From Octopus vulgaris (Eukaryota), in NCBI GenBank assembly GCA_951406725.2, contig OX597819.1, positions 78,182,001 to 78,246,000 on the forward strand: DNA of 64,000 nt, in the 5' to 3' direction. The translations under genes were made by a program, and so were the position numbers. Shown piece after piece: positions 11,771 to 25,380 of the stretch; the first letter of the stretch is position 1, and each line of letters opens with the position of its first letter. Under the pieces are notes generated by a model that had not been told where the DNA came from, made no database searches, and worked only from the letters and a program-made list of their open reading frames with translations.

Positions 11771-12184
11771 GGATCTTTTCGATTTGAACGGTAGTTTTTT
11801 AAAATAATTTCCACGTAACTAAACACTTCTAAACTTCGTATACTGGTAGAATGTGTTTATAAAACATCTTTTTCTCTTAGCTTTATTGAGAAAATTCTAT
11901 AGTTTGTAAGATATTTGTTGTTGTTATTTTCTTCAATTTCTGCAATTTCAACCAATCAATGACATCTATTGAGGTGAAAACATTCTGTGACGTATGAAAA
12001 TGTCCCTCGTTTAAGAAACAGATTGGATTTATTTACATTTCTGAAGAAAAAAAGATACCCTTCCCCCACCCCTAACCCTAAAATAGATTGAAATGCAATA
12101 GATCGATACTAGGGTCATAATTATGGGTGACAATTTCATATGACACCGCCGTTCAAAAAACTGCCGTTCAAACCGAAAAGATCC
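11771..12184. mobile_element. MITE, Merlin-like (copy 1)
   Basis: ~28-bp TIR GGATCTTTTCG(G/A)TTTGAACGG(C/T)AGTTTT; perfect 8-bp TSD taaacatc; GG termini with an 8-bp TSD fit Merlin. Confidence 0.8.
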
Positions 12185-12520
12185 TAAACATCTGTAACTG
12201 AATACCATAAAGATATTTTAAGAGTCAAACGAACATGCTAAGCCAGCATAATAAAAATTTCCAACTATAAGCATAATGCTATATAGTTTTTCGGTTGGGG
12301 GTAGGTGGGTGAGGGAACAGGAGGAAATGGTAGTTAAATCAAATCGTTTCTTTATTTTATTGATCCTAGAAAGTTATAAGACAAAGTAGATACTGGCTGA
12401 CAGGCATTGAACTTAGCATTTGACTACGTAGTACAGTTAGTAACACGTATTGGTCAAACCTTTTTCGTTTTTCCTCTCCTTTTTTTCTTTTTTGTCATAA
12501 AATATATTGCTGTACCTTCT

Positions 12521-12941
12521 GGAATCTTTTCGGTTTGAACGGCAGGTTTTCCTAGCGGTGTCATATGAAATTGTCACCCATAATTATGACCCTAGTATCG
12601 ATCTATATATTGCATTTCAATCTGTTTTAGGATTAGGGCTAGGGGTGGGGGGAAGGGTATGTTTTTTTTTCTTCAGAAATGTAAATAAACCCAATCTGTT
12701 TCTTAAACGAGGGACATACTCATACGGCACAGAATGTTTTCACCTCAATAGACGTTATTGATTGGTTGAAATTGCAGAAATTGAAGAAAAAAAAAACAAA
12801 TATCTTACAAACTATAGAATTTTCTCAATAAAGCCAAGAGAAAAAGATGTTTTATAAACACATTCTACCAGTATACGAAGTTTAAAAGTGTTTAGTTATG
12901 TGGAAATTATTTTTAAAAACTGCCGGTCAAACAAAAGATCC
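12521..12941. mobile_element. MITE, Merlin-like (copy 2, inverted relative to copy 1)
   Basis: Same TIRs and a reverse-complement match to 11771-12184 over its full length; TSD not clean. Confidence 0.8.
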
Positions 12942-13252
12942 ACTCCATTCTGCCATTATTCTTTTTCTCTACTCTCCTGTATCTGACATATTTGTATTAT
13001 CTGCAGTGATAGAAATGACTATTAGAACTAGGGGTACGGTGAAGTCTGAAATGTTAAGTTGTCATGGTTTAGGACTGGACTCAGTACTGCCCCAAACTCA
13101 TGCTCACATTCACACAAACTCGAGTTGAAAAGTAGGGATACAGTGTACCCCTATGGCAAGTGGGCCTATGTGCCATTAGAATCCATATATGGGGCCCATC
13201 CTTTCTGAGTTTTTTATTCACTCCTTGAAGAATGCCTGGTTGTGTTTGTAGA

Positions 13253-13495
13253 CATCATCATCGTTTAGCGTCCGTTTTCCATGCTAGCATGGGTTGGACG
13301 GTTCTACTGGGGTCTGTGAAGCCAGAAGGCTTCATCAGGCCCAGTCAAATCTGGCAGTGTTTCTACGGCTGGATGCCCTTCCTAACGCCAACCACTCCGT
13401 GAGTGTAGTGGGTGCTTTTTACGTGCCACCCGCACAGGTGCCAGACAGAGCTGGCAAACGGCCACGAACGGATGGTGCTTTTTATGTGCCACCGA
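13253..13495 (-). mobile_element. RTE-LINE 3'-end-related short repeat with (GAT)n tail
   Basis: Shares its 3' end (...ccgtccaacccatgctagcatggaaaacggacg..aaacgatgatg) with the LINE at 29790-31587; other copies at ~18097-18283, 18787-18998, 28272-28432, 49761-50050 and 52483-52770. Confidence 0.8.
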
Positions 13496-14042
13496 AGAAT
13501 ACTTTTAACAGAAAAAGAATTAAATAATAGCACTGTAGTTGCACGGGTGGGGCCCCTTAGTCTTCTGGCAACCAATATTTTTAGACCCAGTCTGCCACTG
13601 CACCTACACACTCCCACTCCATTTTCATCAAGTGATTATTTGATGAAGTATTTACAATTATCTATATTTCTCTATTACTCAGTTCTCTATTCTCACCTCT
13701 TCGTGTGTGTTGCCGATTGAAGACGCTTGGTCTAATGATTAGGGTGCTATACTCATGATTGTGTGATCGTGGTTTCAATTTCTGTACCTTGTAATGTGTT
13801 GTGTTCTTCAGCAAAACACTTCATTTTGCATTGATCTGCGATCCCCTTGACACTGGCTTACTAACTACTAAGATGATTGTATGGGGGAATTTGTAAGAGA
13901 GTTAAGAAATGGGAATAATAGATAAACGATTAAACTGATTTACGGACATGTACTTACATAGCAAGTGACCTGATCTGAGATTGTGTACTAGAACAAAAAC
14001 AATTGCAGCATGGAAGGTGTTTATAAGCCATTTAAGAAACAC

Positions 14043-14220
14043 ACAAAAACCGTTAGATTCACTTCAACATTTAAATTTAATTTGCCAAAATATTTTCGTC
14101 GCTTTGAGATCACGACCTGTTCACTGACAAGATGCAGCACAGAATTTTGTGAGTCTCAAAGTGACGAAAATATTTTGGCAAATTGAATTTAAATGTTGAA
14201 GTGAATCTAACGGTTTTTGT
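14043..14220. repeat. 67-bp inverted repeat with a 44-bp spacer, Penelope-pLTR-like
   Basis: 14043-14109 versus 14154-14220 match at 65 of 67 positions. Confidence 0.85.
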
Positions 14221-14699
14221 TGATTAAACTGATATTTTTGTTGTGTTATATAGCATAGCATGTAGTTTTTCATATATAATATACTAGATGCATGCATGTA
14301 CATATATAGTAATATGACAATTTTTATTACTATACAAGGCTTGTAATCCTTTTGAAAACTTTTAATGCTTATATTATTATATAATTTTGTGCCAAGTAAT
14401 CCCTGATATTAATGTCTGTTCATAAAGATAAAAAAAGCAAATAACTCGCTCCATTCTGCATTTATGCAGAATGGATCCACATTTATGTTGACAATAATGA
14501 AATTAAAGTTGATGATAATGTAATCAAGACTGACTATAACGAAACTGAGTTTGACGATGGTGAATTTGTGATTGTTGTTAACGGAGGTTATGGTTGGTGA
14601 TGTCGAATTTGAGAGGAAACTCTGTAAATATATCATTGTTGAACGTCCATGTTTCATGCTGGCATGGGTTGGACGGATATAATCTCTCAGCTGCCAATA

Positions 14700-14935
14700 T
14701 AGCTCACAACATCTTTGAGCAAACAACCTCGGAATGAACAAAATGGAGATCTCATCATGTCAAAACTGTTTAAGAGACTTTGTTTCAACCAGCATTACAA
14801 GGCTAAGAGGTGCAATGCAAAAGAGAAAACTTGGTACAAATATACAACCGGCACTGACTCATAATCATCGTGTTTGCAACATCTGCAGGCTTTGCAAATC
14901 ATTGGCAGAACTCAAATGTCATGTTTGACATAAGT
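14700..14935 (+). pseudogene. Old LINE ORF2 C-terminal fragment (RTE/BovB-type C2H2 end)
   Basis: Translation ends RVCNICRLCKSLAELKCHV, resembling the CxxC..C.S..GL.SH terminus. Confidence 0.45.
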
Positions 14936-15464
14936 ATTATGACTGACAAAGAAAGTGTGGGTTGTCGGATCCTCATATGTCAAAACTAATGGAAAGGTCC
15001 ATCATATATTGACTCAATGGTTAGAGCATAAGGCTCATAATCATGAGGTAGTGAGTTCGATTCCCGGTCTGGGTTGTGTGTTGTGTTCTTGAGCAAAACG
15101 CTTTATTTCATGTTGCTCCAGTTCACTCAGCTCCAGAAATAGGTTGTGACGTCACTTGTGCCAGGCTGCATCGGCCTTTGCCTTTCTCTTGGATAATATC
15201 GGTGGTGTGGAGAGGAGAGGTTGGTATGCATGGGCAACTGCTGAGTTCTATAATCAACCTTACTCGAACTTGTGCTTCAGAGGGCAACTTTCTTGGTATA
15301 ATCCCATGGTCATTCATGACCAAAGGGGGTCTCTCTCTCTCTCTCTCTCTCTCTCTCCCCCATACATAAGCATATACATATAGTCAGGACTCTGCTATGG
15401 ACCTTTGTATACCTTCATGGACTAATGAGCTTCATGTGGTCAATATTCAGTTTGAAATTCTTTG

Positions 15465-15496
<32 letters not shown>

Positions 15497-17325
15497 AGAA
15501 TTCCAGGTGACTGTAGTTCTGAGAAAGAAGGGTTTCTCAGTGTTTAGTGAAGTATTTTGTATGCTGAGACACAGTAGGGATGATAGTAGAAGACAATGTT
15601 CTGAGGGTTTAGACCAAGAAGCTGGGCAGAGGTTGAAAAAGAGCAGAAACCATTACAATGGTTGCAGAAGAAACGAGAAAGGAAATTATATGAGATAATG
15701 GTTTTAAGTGTGCTGATGGTTCATTTACCAGTCAGGTTAAAAATCCTTTTGGTTTGGGGATCCAATCTAGAATGTGTCTGCATTCATCATCATCATCATC
15801 ATACGTCTGCTTTCCATGCTGGCATGGGTTAGGTGGTTTAACTGGAACTGGTAAGCTAGAGAGCTGCACCAGGTTCCAGACGGATGCTCTTCCTAACACC
15901 AACCTCTCCAAGCATTTAATGGGTGCTTTTTATGTGCCACCAGCATGAGTGCCATTTACATGATGCCAGCAACGGCCATAACTATGATTTTACAGCTGCC
16001 ATTTACATGACACTCACAATAGCCAAGACTATGGTTTCACTTGGCTTGACGAATTTCCATAGTGTCAACTTCTGAATTTATTGTCTTTAAATCAATCAAT
16101 TCTATGCTAACATGACATTCTAAATCCTATGTAAATATTATATTTATAACTGATTTCTAATTAATAGAAAATTACTAAATAAATAGATTGTTGCAGTTAT
16201 TACAAGACACTAAATATTATTCTCAGAATTTCTAATGCATTTCTCCATCACCAAACTCATGTTACGTAAGTCTATTTTATTGTATACGGAGGGGGTTAAG
16301 ATGATTGTAAGAATTTGGAAATACTCAATGTTATTGAGTAGTTCCCTCTGTGACTGTCTTGTCTCTATTATGGTAATTCAGGCCTCTGTCATGTGGTTCT
16401 CATTTGAAAGACTATATGGAATAAGAGAATCTTTGGCTGTTTGCATTGAACGGAACATTTTGAAATGCAACACAAACTGAAAATATGCTGTGTTGGATTT
16501 CATAGTTGAAGTGTTCTTCGAACTGTTGCTATTGTGTCTGTAATTTTCAGTATTGTGTCTTGTCATATGTAGTTTCCCGTTTGAAAAAATTAAAATAGCT
16601 TGATATTTGAGGGGGATTTAGCTGCTATATTAAGCAGGTTATGTGATTGCCTTAGAAGTACCCTGGCAGATGTGATGAATATGATGTTTTATTGGATGAC
16701 ATATTTACTACTTTATTTTCTTTCCTCTGTCCAAACTTAGGTAGGATTGTTCTGCAAGTATTTGTCTGTTGTTTACTTCAGGAAATACATGTTATAGACT
16801 TCTTAACAATAACCTTTTATATTAACTTTTTTCTATAAACCTCAGAGATTTAGAAGGATGCTGCTTGTTGGTATCTTTGTAAATCTTATAAAATCCTTAC
16901 AAACCCTTATAATTTCTGATAATTCAAATCACTTTACAAGATGCTTAGCAGACCACATGGTTCAACATTGCTACCTGTTGTAGATGCAGCATGTCACCGT
17001 AACAGTTTTCTCTCCTCTTAATGCAGCACAATGTGCTTGCAGCCACAAGGGAGAAAACTCTTACTGTGCCATGATACACCTAAGTGTGCTAAAGGTTTAT
17101 GATTCAAGTCACCCTTCAGGATACATACCACATTACCTAGCTTAAAAACCACCCAATTTTTGGATGTTTCGTGGAATACACTTTGTTGCAAACATCCTGA
17201 CAAGACTCATGATTCTGCCTCCTCATCCATTTTTCCTACAGCTGTTTTGGCAGGGCATCAATCACATATATTTCATCATGATCACTTTCTGTGATCATGA
17301 ATTCTAACTTTCCTTTTCAAATTAA

Positions 17326-17622
17326 CTCATTAACCATTACAACTACGACCAGTGGTTCATTACAAACTTCACACAGCCACCATGTGCTCCACCGGTGGTA
17401 CATTTTCTGTGATTTTAGGAAATATTTTATTCTATATCATTGACATGGTTTCAAGGATATTTAAATAACATGAGTGTTAAATATTAAATGTTTAATTATG
17501 AAAGATTGTAAAAATGCAAAAATAATTACATTTCCTTGTAATTAAACAATATAACAACGTGACTGCACGAAATACATGGCGTCACCACTAAGTTCCAGTG
17601 ACAGGCTTTGGTGGTTAACGTG
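17326..17622. mobile_element. TTAA-flanked MITE (piggyBac-like), diverged
   Basis: TTAA-ctcattaacca ... tggttaacgtg-TTAA. Confidence 0.5.
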
Positions 17623-18605
17623 TTAATTTATACAACATATGGCTGATGTTGTTGTTGCTGCTGCTTGTTTCTGTCTGAATCTTGATCCAGTAAACTTAAG
17701 GCATGTAGGAAGGTTGTTAAATGATTTTGATATCATCATCCACATTGCTTCATCATTCACCTAGCATACCACTCATAACCTTCACATTTACTTTCACAGA
17801 CATAATGTGTCTAGAACCAGGTTGAGACAGTTGGGTGCTGCTGTTTGGAGACTGGCAATTTGGCACTGTTGACTAGATGTTTGGCCTGTATTGGCAAGAG
17901 TAATTTCTGGCACTGGAGGCAAATACATACTCACACACACACATATGCACATGAGCAGAAATATACACATACATGTAAAGAGAGAGAGAGGGGATGGAAG
18001 GAGAGAAAAGCATGACAGTTTATCAATTGAACACTATTAACATAAACTTGCCCCTCCCCTCCTACACGTAAAGAGAAATATGCTCACACATATATGCTGG
18101 TGGCACGTAAAAAGCACCCACTAGACTCTCGGAGTGGTTGGCATTAGGAAGGGCATCCAGCTGTAGAAACTCTGCCAGACCAGATTGGAGCCTGGTGCAG
18201 CCGCTGGCTCTCCAGACCTCAGTCAAACCGTCCAACCCATGCCAGCATGGAAAACGGATGTTGATTGATGATGATTGATGATATAAACAGAGAGAAAGAA
18301 GGAAAAGTAGGGGCAGAGAATAAGAGAAACATCAGGAAGTCTGACATCAAATCAGCAACCCCAAATAGACAGTCACTGAGTGCCTATCTATCTGATTTAT
18401 TTTATCAACATGTCAGGATGTGATTTGAGAGTGATTTGGTTGGTACCTCTAGCAGGTGAATCAACCTTGGATCAGTTACATATATTGTATGTTCTATTCT
18501 CTAACCATTGAGAAGACCATAATTTCGCACCTCACATAACACTCAACAACTGGCACCCACATGCATAAAACTGTAAAACAGTAAAATCCAAACCCTTGTC
18601 TAAAC

Positions 18606-19050
18606 CAGTAGTTACCATTAATTTTTGTCACTTTGACCTATTTGATTCCTATTTTTCTGAGACCCTCATAGCCATTCAATGCTTACAAAACCCTATTACA
18701 TTTTTACAATTAAAAATTATTAAGAATTGGATAAGAAAAAATTGTTAAAATATTTTGTGCATTGTAGGAATATAACTAACCTAATACCGCCTGACTGGCC
18801 CCCATGCCAGTGGCATGTAAATGCACCCACTACACTCTTGGAGTGATAGGTGTTAGGAAGGGCATCCAGCTATAGAAACTTTGCCAGATCTGATTGGAGC
18901 CTGGTGCAGCCATCTAGTTCGTCAGTCCTCAGTCAAATTGTCCAACCCATGCTAGCATGGAAAGCGGACGTTAAATGATGATGGTGATGATGATGATGCA
19001 TGTAAATTTTAAGATCAAAATCTTATATGGACCTTGGTTGAGAACCCCTG
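18606..19050. mobile_element. hAT-Charlie-like MITE with a nested RTE-type short repeat (18787-18998)
   Basis: Right TIR ggttgagaacccctg, degenerate left TIR cagtagttacc, near-TSD gtctaaac/gtctcaaa; related body at ~62400-62610. Confidence 0.6.
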
Positions 19051-19386
19051 GTCTCAAACATCTCAGTCACTTCTAATTAGTATACAAAGAACAAAAATTG
19101 CTATGTTGCTGAAACTTCAACCTCCTATCTTCTCTACCTCACTAAACTAAAAACATTACAAACCACCCGTTAGAAATAGCAGCTAATTCTCCCTCAAATC
19201 TCACTCTACTGTCTTAAAAACACAAAGGCGCATTAGAGAATGTAGGCCTCAAAAATATGGGATGGTTATGGCTGGAATGTCTTTGATGATAGGTTTTGTT
19301 TCATGGTGATTAATTACTCAAAAGGTTAGAGAAACAAACCATAGAAGACGGTATGTTTAACATCATTACAAGCTGAAGGCATTTAA

Positions 19387-19605
19387 CCCTTTAGTATTTA
19401 AACCGGCCATATCCGGCCAAAATAGTTAATCTGTTTTATGTTCAAACTGACCAGATCCAGGCTCTCACACCTACCCTACAATGTTATTCTACATTAAGTA
19501 ATTACACCATCAAGATCTTGAAGATATGAGATAATGCATGATTAATTCAAATCAATGTGAATCAATAGGCATTATGTTTGATAGAATAATCTGAACACTA
19601 AAGGG
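19387..19605. mobile_element. piggyBac-like MITE
   Basis: TTAA TSD on both sides, TIR CCCTTTAGT. Confidence 0.85.
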
Positions 19606-20574
19606 TTAAGCAATACACATACAAGCACTGTCTGAAACAAAAATACCAAAATTAAAAGTTTGCTTTGATATGTGAAAAACTCAGTCTACAGCTGCCCTTG
19701 CTTCATACGTCTTCTTTATCCTGGATACTTCATTCTTCTGGTCATCAGATGCTTTGGACTCTCACCTGCTGTATTCTTGACAAGAAAAGATTAATTTTTT
19801 TATCACTCTCATCTTTCTCAGAAACTGGGGGGGTGTAACACCAATTTTAATGGAATTTCAAGGACTTTTAAGATGTTGTATAGTTACCTTTCAGAATATC
19901 ATTCTGTAGAGGTCATTTGCTCTCAAGTTCAATAATACTAAACACAGAACTGCTTTGTTGCAAAAGGATGTTCTTGACCATTTGGTTTAGGAAAAGCTTC
20001 AGAACATCATCATCATCATCATCATCATAATGTTCACTTTTCCATGCTTGCATGGCTCAGACAGAATTCGTTGAGGTAAATTTTCTATGGTTGGTTGCTC
20101 TTCCTGTAGCGGAACCACACCTGTTTCCAGCCAAAGTGATATATCCTATGGTCAGATATATCTTTTTTGTAAAAGATTAGAAATAAAAAAAAAAAATCAC
20201 CACTATGATGATATGCTTGCTTATGACCATCGCATAATGTTGAAACAAGGCTACACACACACACACACACACACACACACTCATACTCACAAACATGCAC
20301 ACACACACACATTTTTATATACACATACAAAGGACATTTTCAGTTTGCATCTACCAAATCCACTCACAAGACTTTGGTTGGCCTGGGGCTATAGTAGAAG
20401 ACTCTTACCTTAGGTGCCATGCAGTGGAATTGAACCTACATAGTTGCAAAGCAAGCTTCTCAACTACACAACCATGCCTGCACCTGAAACACCTATAACT
20501 GGCATTCTGTCAGTTACAATAACAAGGGATCCAGTTGATCTGATCAGCAGGAGGGTCTGCTCGTGAAATTATCA

Positions 20575-20960
20575 CGCAGGAGTGGCTGTGTGGTAAGTAG
20601 CTTGCTAACCAACCACATGGTTCCGGGTTCAGTCCCACTGCGTTGCATCTTGGGCAAGTGTCTTCTGTTATGGCCCCGGGCCAACCAATGCCTTGGGAGT
20701 GGATTTCGTAGAGGGAAACTGAAAGAAGCCTATCATATATATGTATGTGTTTGTGTGTCTGTTTGTCCTCCTAGCATTGCTTGACAACCAATGCTGGTGT
20801 GTTTACGTCCCCGTCACTTAGTGGTTTGGCAAAACAGACCGATAGAATAAGTACTGGGCTTACAAAGAATAAGTCCCGGGGTCGATTTTGCTCGACTGAA
20901 GGCGGTGCTCCAGCATGACCGCAGTCAAATGACTGAAACAAGTAAAAGAGTAAAGAGTAA
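20575..20960 (+). mobile_element. tRNA-derived SINE with a CORE-like ttgggcaagt segment and an internal (TA)/(TG) tract
   Basis: A-box TGGCTGTGTGG, B-box GGTTCAGTCCC, tail gactgaaacaagtaaaagag; other copies at ~23635-24040(-), 26493-26900(-), 46311-46745(+), 50074-50440(+), 52024-52420(+) and 54120-54480(+). Confidence 0.85.
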
Positions 20961-23900
20961 GTGGCAAGTGCTGGGAAAGTCAGCATGTGACAAGGCTGGC
21001 CTTTTTGAAATACAGGTACTACTCATTTTTGCCAGCCGAGTGGATAGGAGCAATGTGAAATAAGGTGTCATGCTCAAGGACGCAATGCATCACCAGGAAT
21101 TGAACTCACGACCTTATGATTGTAAGACAAATGCCCTAACCACTAAGCCACATGCCTTTCATGCACCTGAAATATGAAGCACTAAATTGGAAACATGTTC
21201 TTTATCATAGAGATTGATATACCTGTTCTTCAATGCTGATACAGGATTTGAATGAGTCTATAGAAATAGCTGTCTTAAAATATTTGCTCGTCTCTTTGGT
21301 TACTCTCTGTCAGACTTTGATGTGACAGCAGACACAGAAATTGATCAGAATTTAATAAGCAGCTGACAGCCTTAAACTTCTGTAATCAAATTTTGCATAA
21401 CTTGAAAACAGAGATTATAAATGCTGCCAGATTATGAAATGTCTTGAAAAAAAAAAAAAGAAAAAAATGAGTTATGAAACTAAAAAAAAAATATTGAATG
21501 GTGCTAAGACAAGACATTAACTTTACTCACTTTGACCACTCCTGCTCTAGTCAGTATTTGCACTCCCCCCCTCTCTCTCTCTCTCACACACACACTCTGG
21601 TCGGGTAACCATGTACTTCCTCTATTGCAAGACACCTGTTTCTGTCTCTCTGTCACACTCTTATCTTTCATCATCTGACATAAGATCACTTCCTCTAATG
21701 CCCCGCCCCTCTCAAAGGATCTTTGTAAACTAGTTGGCATTTGGAAGGGCATCCAGCTGTAAAAACCATGCCAAAACTGATTTTGCCACGTAAAAAGCAC
21801 TAGGTCCACCCTGCAGAGTGGTTGGGTGTTAGGAAGGGCATGCAGCTGTAAAAACCATACCAAAACAGACGTAGATGTATGGTGCAATCTTCTGCCTAGT
21901 CAACTCCTGTCAAACCATCCTACCCATGCCAGTGTGGAAGGCAGCTGTTAACTGATGATGATGATGCCCCCATTGTAGAATTACAGATTTTTCAGCAATA
22001 TCATATATCTATGGCTCAGTGGTTAGAGCATTGGGCTTACAATCCTGTGGTTGTGAGTTCAATTCCCAGACTGAGCTGTGTGTTGTGTTCTTCAGCAAGA
22101 CACTTTATTTCACGTTGCTCCAGTTCACTCAGCTGTAGAAATGAGTTATGACATCACTGGTGCCAAGCTGTATCAGCTTTTGCCTTTCTCTTGGATAACA
22201 TCAGTGGTATGGTGAGGGGAGACTGGTATTCATGAGTGATTGATGGTCTTCCACGATACAACCATACTCAGACTTCAATGTCTGCTTTAGCATGGTTTCT
22301 GTGGCTGGATGGATGCCCTTCCTAATGCCAATCACTTTACAGAATGTACTGGGTGCTTTTTATGCGACACTGGTACTAGTTGGGGGTCACCAAGTAACTC
22401 GCTAAACAAGACCTCTCGACTGACTAAAGAGTAGTATTGAGGGAGGTGGTGAGAGGTTAAATTATGATAGAGGGACAGGAACAAGTGTCCTGCTGTAGGG
22501 GAGATACATAGTTACCCCATATCGAAAATAAGGGGATAGCAGTGAAGATGTATCAGAATGTACCCAACAAGTTGCAGGAAGGTGAATATAAGAGAAGTGA
22601 TAAGGATGAGTAAGGGAATTTGCAAGAATGTGAGAGGAGAGTGATGGATGGATAAGAATAAGGACAGAAAGAATTGCAGTGAGTGCTAATCATGAGCTGA
22701 GGTATGTGTATGTACACGCACACATTCATAATCATTATCATCATTTATAATGTCCTCTTTACCAAGCTTGTATTGATTGGGTAGAGTTTATTGAGGCAGA
22801 TTTTCTATGGCTGGATGCCCTTCCTGTCACCAACCTTTACTTTTTTCCAAGCAAAGTAAAACTCGTATTTCCCCATTGCTGGAAATTGTTTTCGATGAAT
22901 ATCAGAAACGAATAGACTTTTATTTACAGCAATCATGTGATGTCAAAACAAGGAGACACAAATGCACACCTGAACAGACACACACACACACACATGCAAA
23001 TATACATATAAATATATGACGGGCTTCTTTCAGTTTTTACAAATCCACTCACAATGCTTCAGTCAGCCTGGGGGCTATAGTAGAAAACACCTTCCCATAC
23101 TTTGGGACTGAACCCAAAACCATCTGGTTGGGAAGCAAACTTCTTAACCACACAACTATGCCTACATGTGAGTTTTCACTCAGCTATGTGTCCACTGCAT
23201 ATTATTGCAGAAACGGCTGCAAGCTAATGAAGTTCATAAAATAATTTATTCCTTTGTCATTTTCTTATTATTATCATTTTCTTATTACTTCTCTATACTC
23301 AGCTAACGCTTTGTGTACTGATGCTTATGTATATTGCGTTCTACACCAAGTTATTAGTATTGCTACACCTAAGCAAAATATATTAGTCCTTCGTATGCTT
23401 AAGATCGAATGAATGTAGTGATACCTAAGGTATGTTTGTTCCAAAACAACATTTATTTTAGTGCTTGTTGATTGGATGGTACTGCCCAGGTGTTGAAACC
23501 ATAATGATATCCATGGGGCAGCAGCTGATGATGGATTGTTGGTATGGCTGTTATTGTATGTTGGAATAGTTTTATAAGATATCCATTTGATATATATATG
23601 TATGTATGTGTGTGTGTGTGTATGTATATATATCTTCATCTTTTACTTGTTTCTGTCATTTGACTGTGATCATGTTAGGGCACCACCTTGAAGAATTTTT
23701 AGTTGAATGTCTTGACCCCAGGACTTATTTTTTTAAAGCTTAGTACTTATTCTATCAGTCTCTTTTTGCCAAACCGCTAGGTTACAAGGACGTAAACACA
23801 CCAACACTGGTTGTCAAGCAGTGGGGAGGGAGACAAACACAGACACAAAGACACACACACTCACACATATATATACATATGATGTGCTTCTTTCAGTTTT

Positions 23901-24809
23901 CATCTACCAAATCCACTCACAAGGCTTTGTTCAGCCTGAGACTGTAGTAGAAGACACTTGCCCAAGGTGCCATGCAGTAGGACTGAGCCCGGAACTATGT
24001 GGTTGGAAAGCAAGCTTCTTACCACACAACCATGCCTGCACCTGTGTGTGTGTATGTATGCATTTCTTGGAGTTCTAAACTCACTCTCAACCAGTGAAAA
24101 ATAAGAATTTTGCTAATGAAATAACAAACAGAACACACTAATTTTTACTTATTTTGGGCCACCTCTATCCTGGTCACCATTTACAGTCATTGCACCAATT
24201 CATTGAAGATTATTTTTAACAGATATCGTATATCAATGAATTAATTCCATTGTCTAGTCTTAGCGCTATACCATAACACACTTCAAACACCAAGAATTTC
24301 ACAACTTGTCACATTTTTATCATACATTTACTTATCTTTCTTTATTGCCATCAAGTGCAAAAACATTAATATTTCCGCATTTGTGAACTCTCTACATTGT
24401 ACTCCAACCACAAACCTTCAAACACCACAGATTAGTTGGAGTAGAACAGTTTTTCACAGTATCACTGATATTACCTTTTGTATTCATATCTACTATTCTG
24501 TGATTTGGTTGATATATTTCCCTCTTGTGTTTAGCTGCCATTTTCTACACATTTATTTTATAAGATTAAAGTTGTAAGTCAGACGAAGAAAGGGGCAGTG
24601 CACGTGACCTTTGCAGATGCTCCCAGACGCACATACATGTTCTTCATCTCTCTAGCATCAAACTTAGAACAAATGAATCTCTCTCACTCTCTCTTGTCAG
24701 ATTTTATGATAATGTAAATACACAAGTGCAAAAGACACCAAAAGTACCCCAACACAAAACTCTATGGCCATTACATCAAGAACAAGATATGCAAAAATCA
24801 TCATTACTG

Positions 24810-25040
24810 TTGTATTGTACAGACAGGATGGTTATATTTTGAACGCAGTAGAGCGGTGAGAACAGCAGAAAGATCATGTAATGATATGCAGTACTCAATC
24901 AGGTATAATTATTAGCCTTGGGTAATAATACATGGTACCCAGTCAGGTATTATTAGCCTTGGGCAACAATACCCAATCTTTCTGCTGTTATCATGGCTAT
25001 ACTGCTTTCAAAATATTACCTTCTTGTCTTTAGAATACAA
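24810..25040. mobile_element. Palindromic MITE-like element (~65-bp arms, internal direct repeat)
   Basis: 24810-24874 is an imperfect reverse complement of 24976-25040; caggtat..tattagccttggg occurs twice inside. Confidence 0.65.
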
Positions 25041-25380
25041 GAGACATTTGACACTTCTAAAAACAAAGTAAAAAGTTTGTTTACATATTTTGTTGTTGCA
25101 TCATTACTATTATTTGATTGTTATTATTTAAAAGCAGCGAGCTAGCAGAATCGTTAACACACCAGGCAAAATGCTTAGAGGTCTTTTGCCCATCGGTATA
25201 TTCTGAGTTCAAATTCCGCCGAGGTCAACTTTGCCTTTCATCCTTTCAGGGTCGATAAATTAAGTACCAGTTAAATACTGGAGTTGATGTAATTGACTTG
25301 CCCCTTCCCCCCCCCCAATTTCAGGCCTTGTACCTATAGTAGAAAGGATTATTTAGAATTATTAAAGGCTGTAGAGGTGG

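Noticed and set aside
12066-12082. ccctaacccta as interstitial telomere
   Set aside because: Only about two units, and they are internal to the MITE, mirrored in the second copy
13004-13600. hAT-like MITE with cagtg...cactg ends around the repeat at 13253
   Set aside because: The TIR match is weak and there is no TSD, so it cannot be supported
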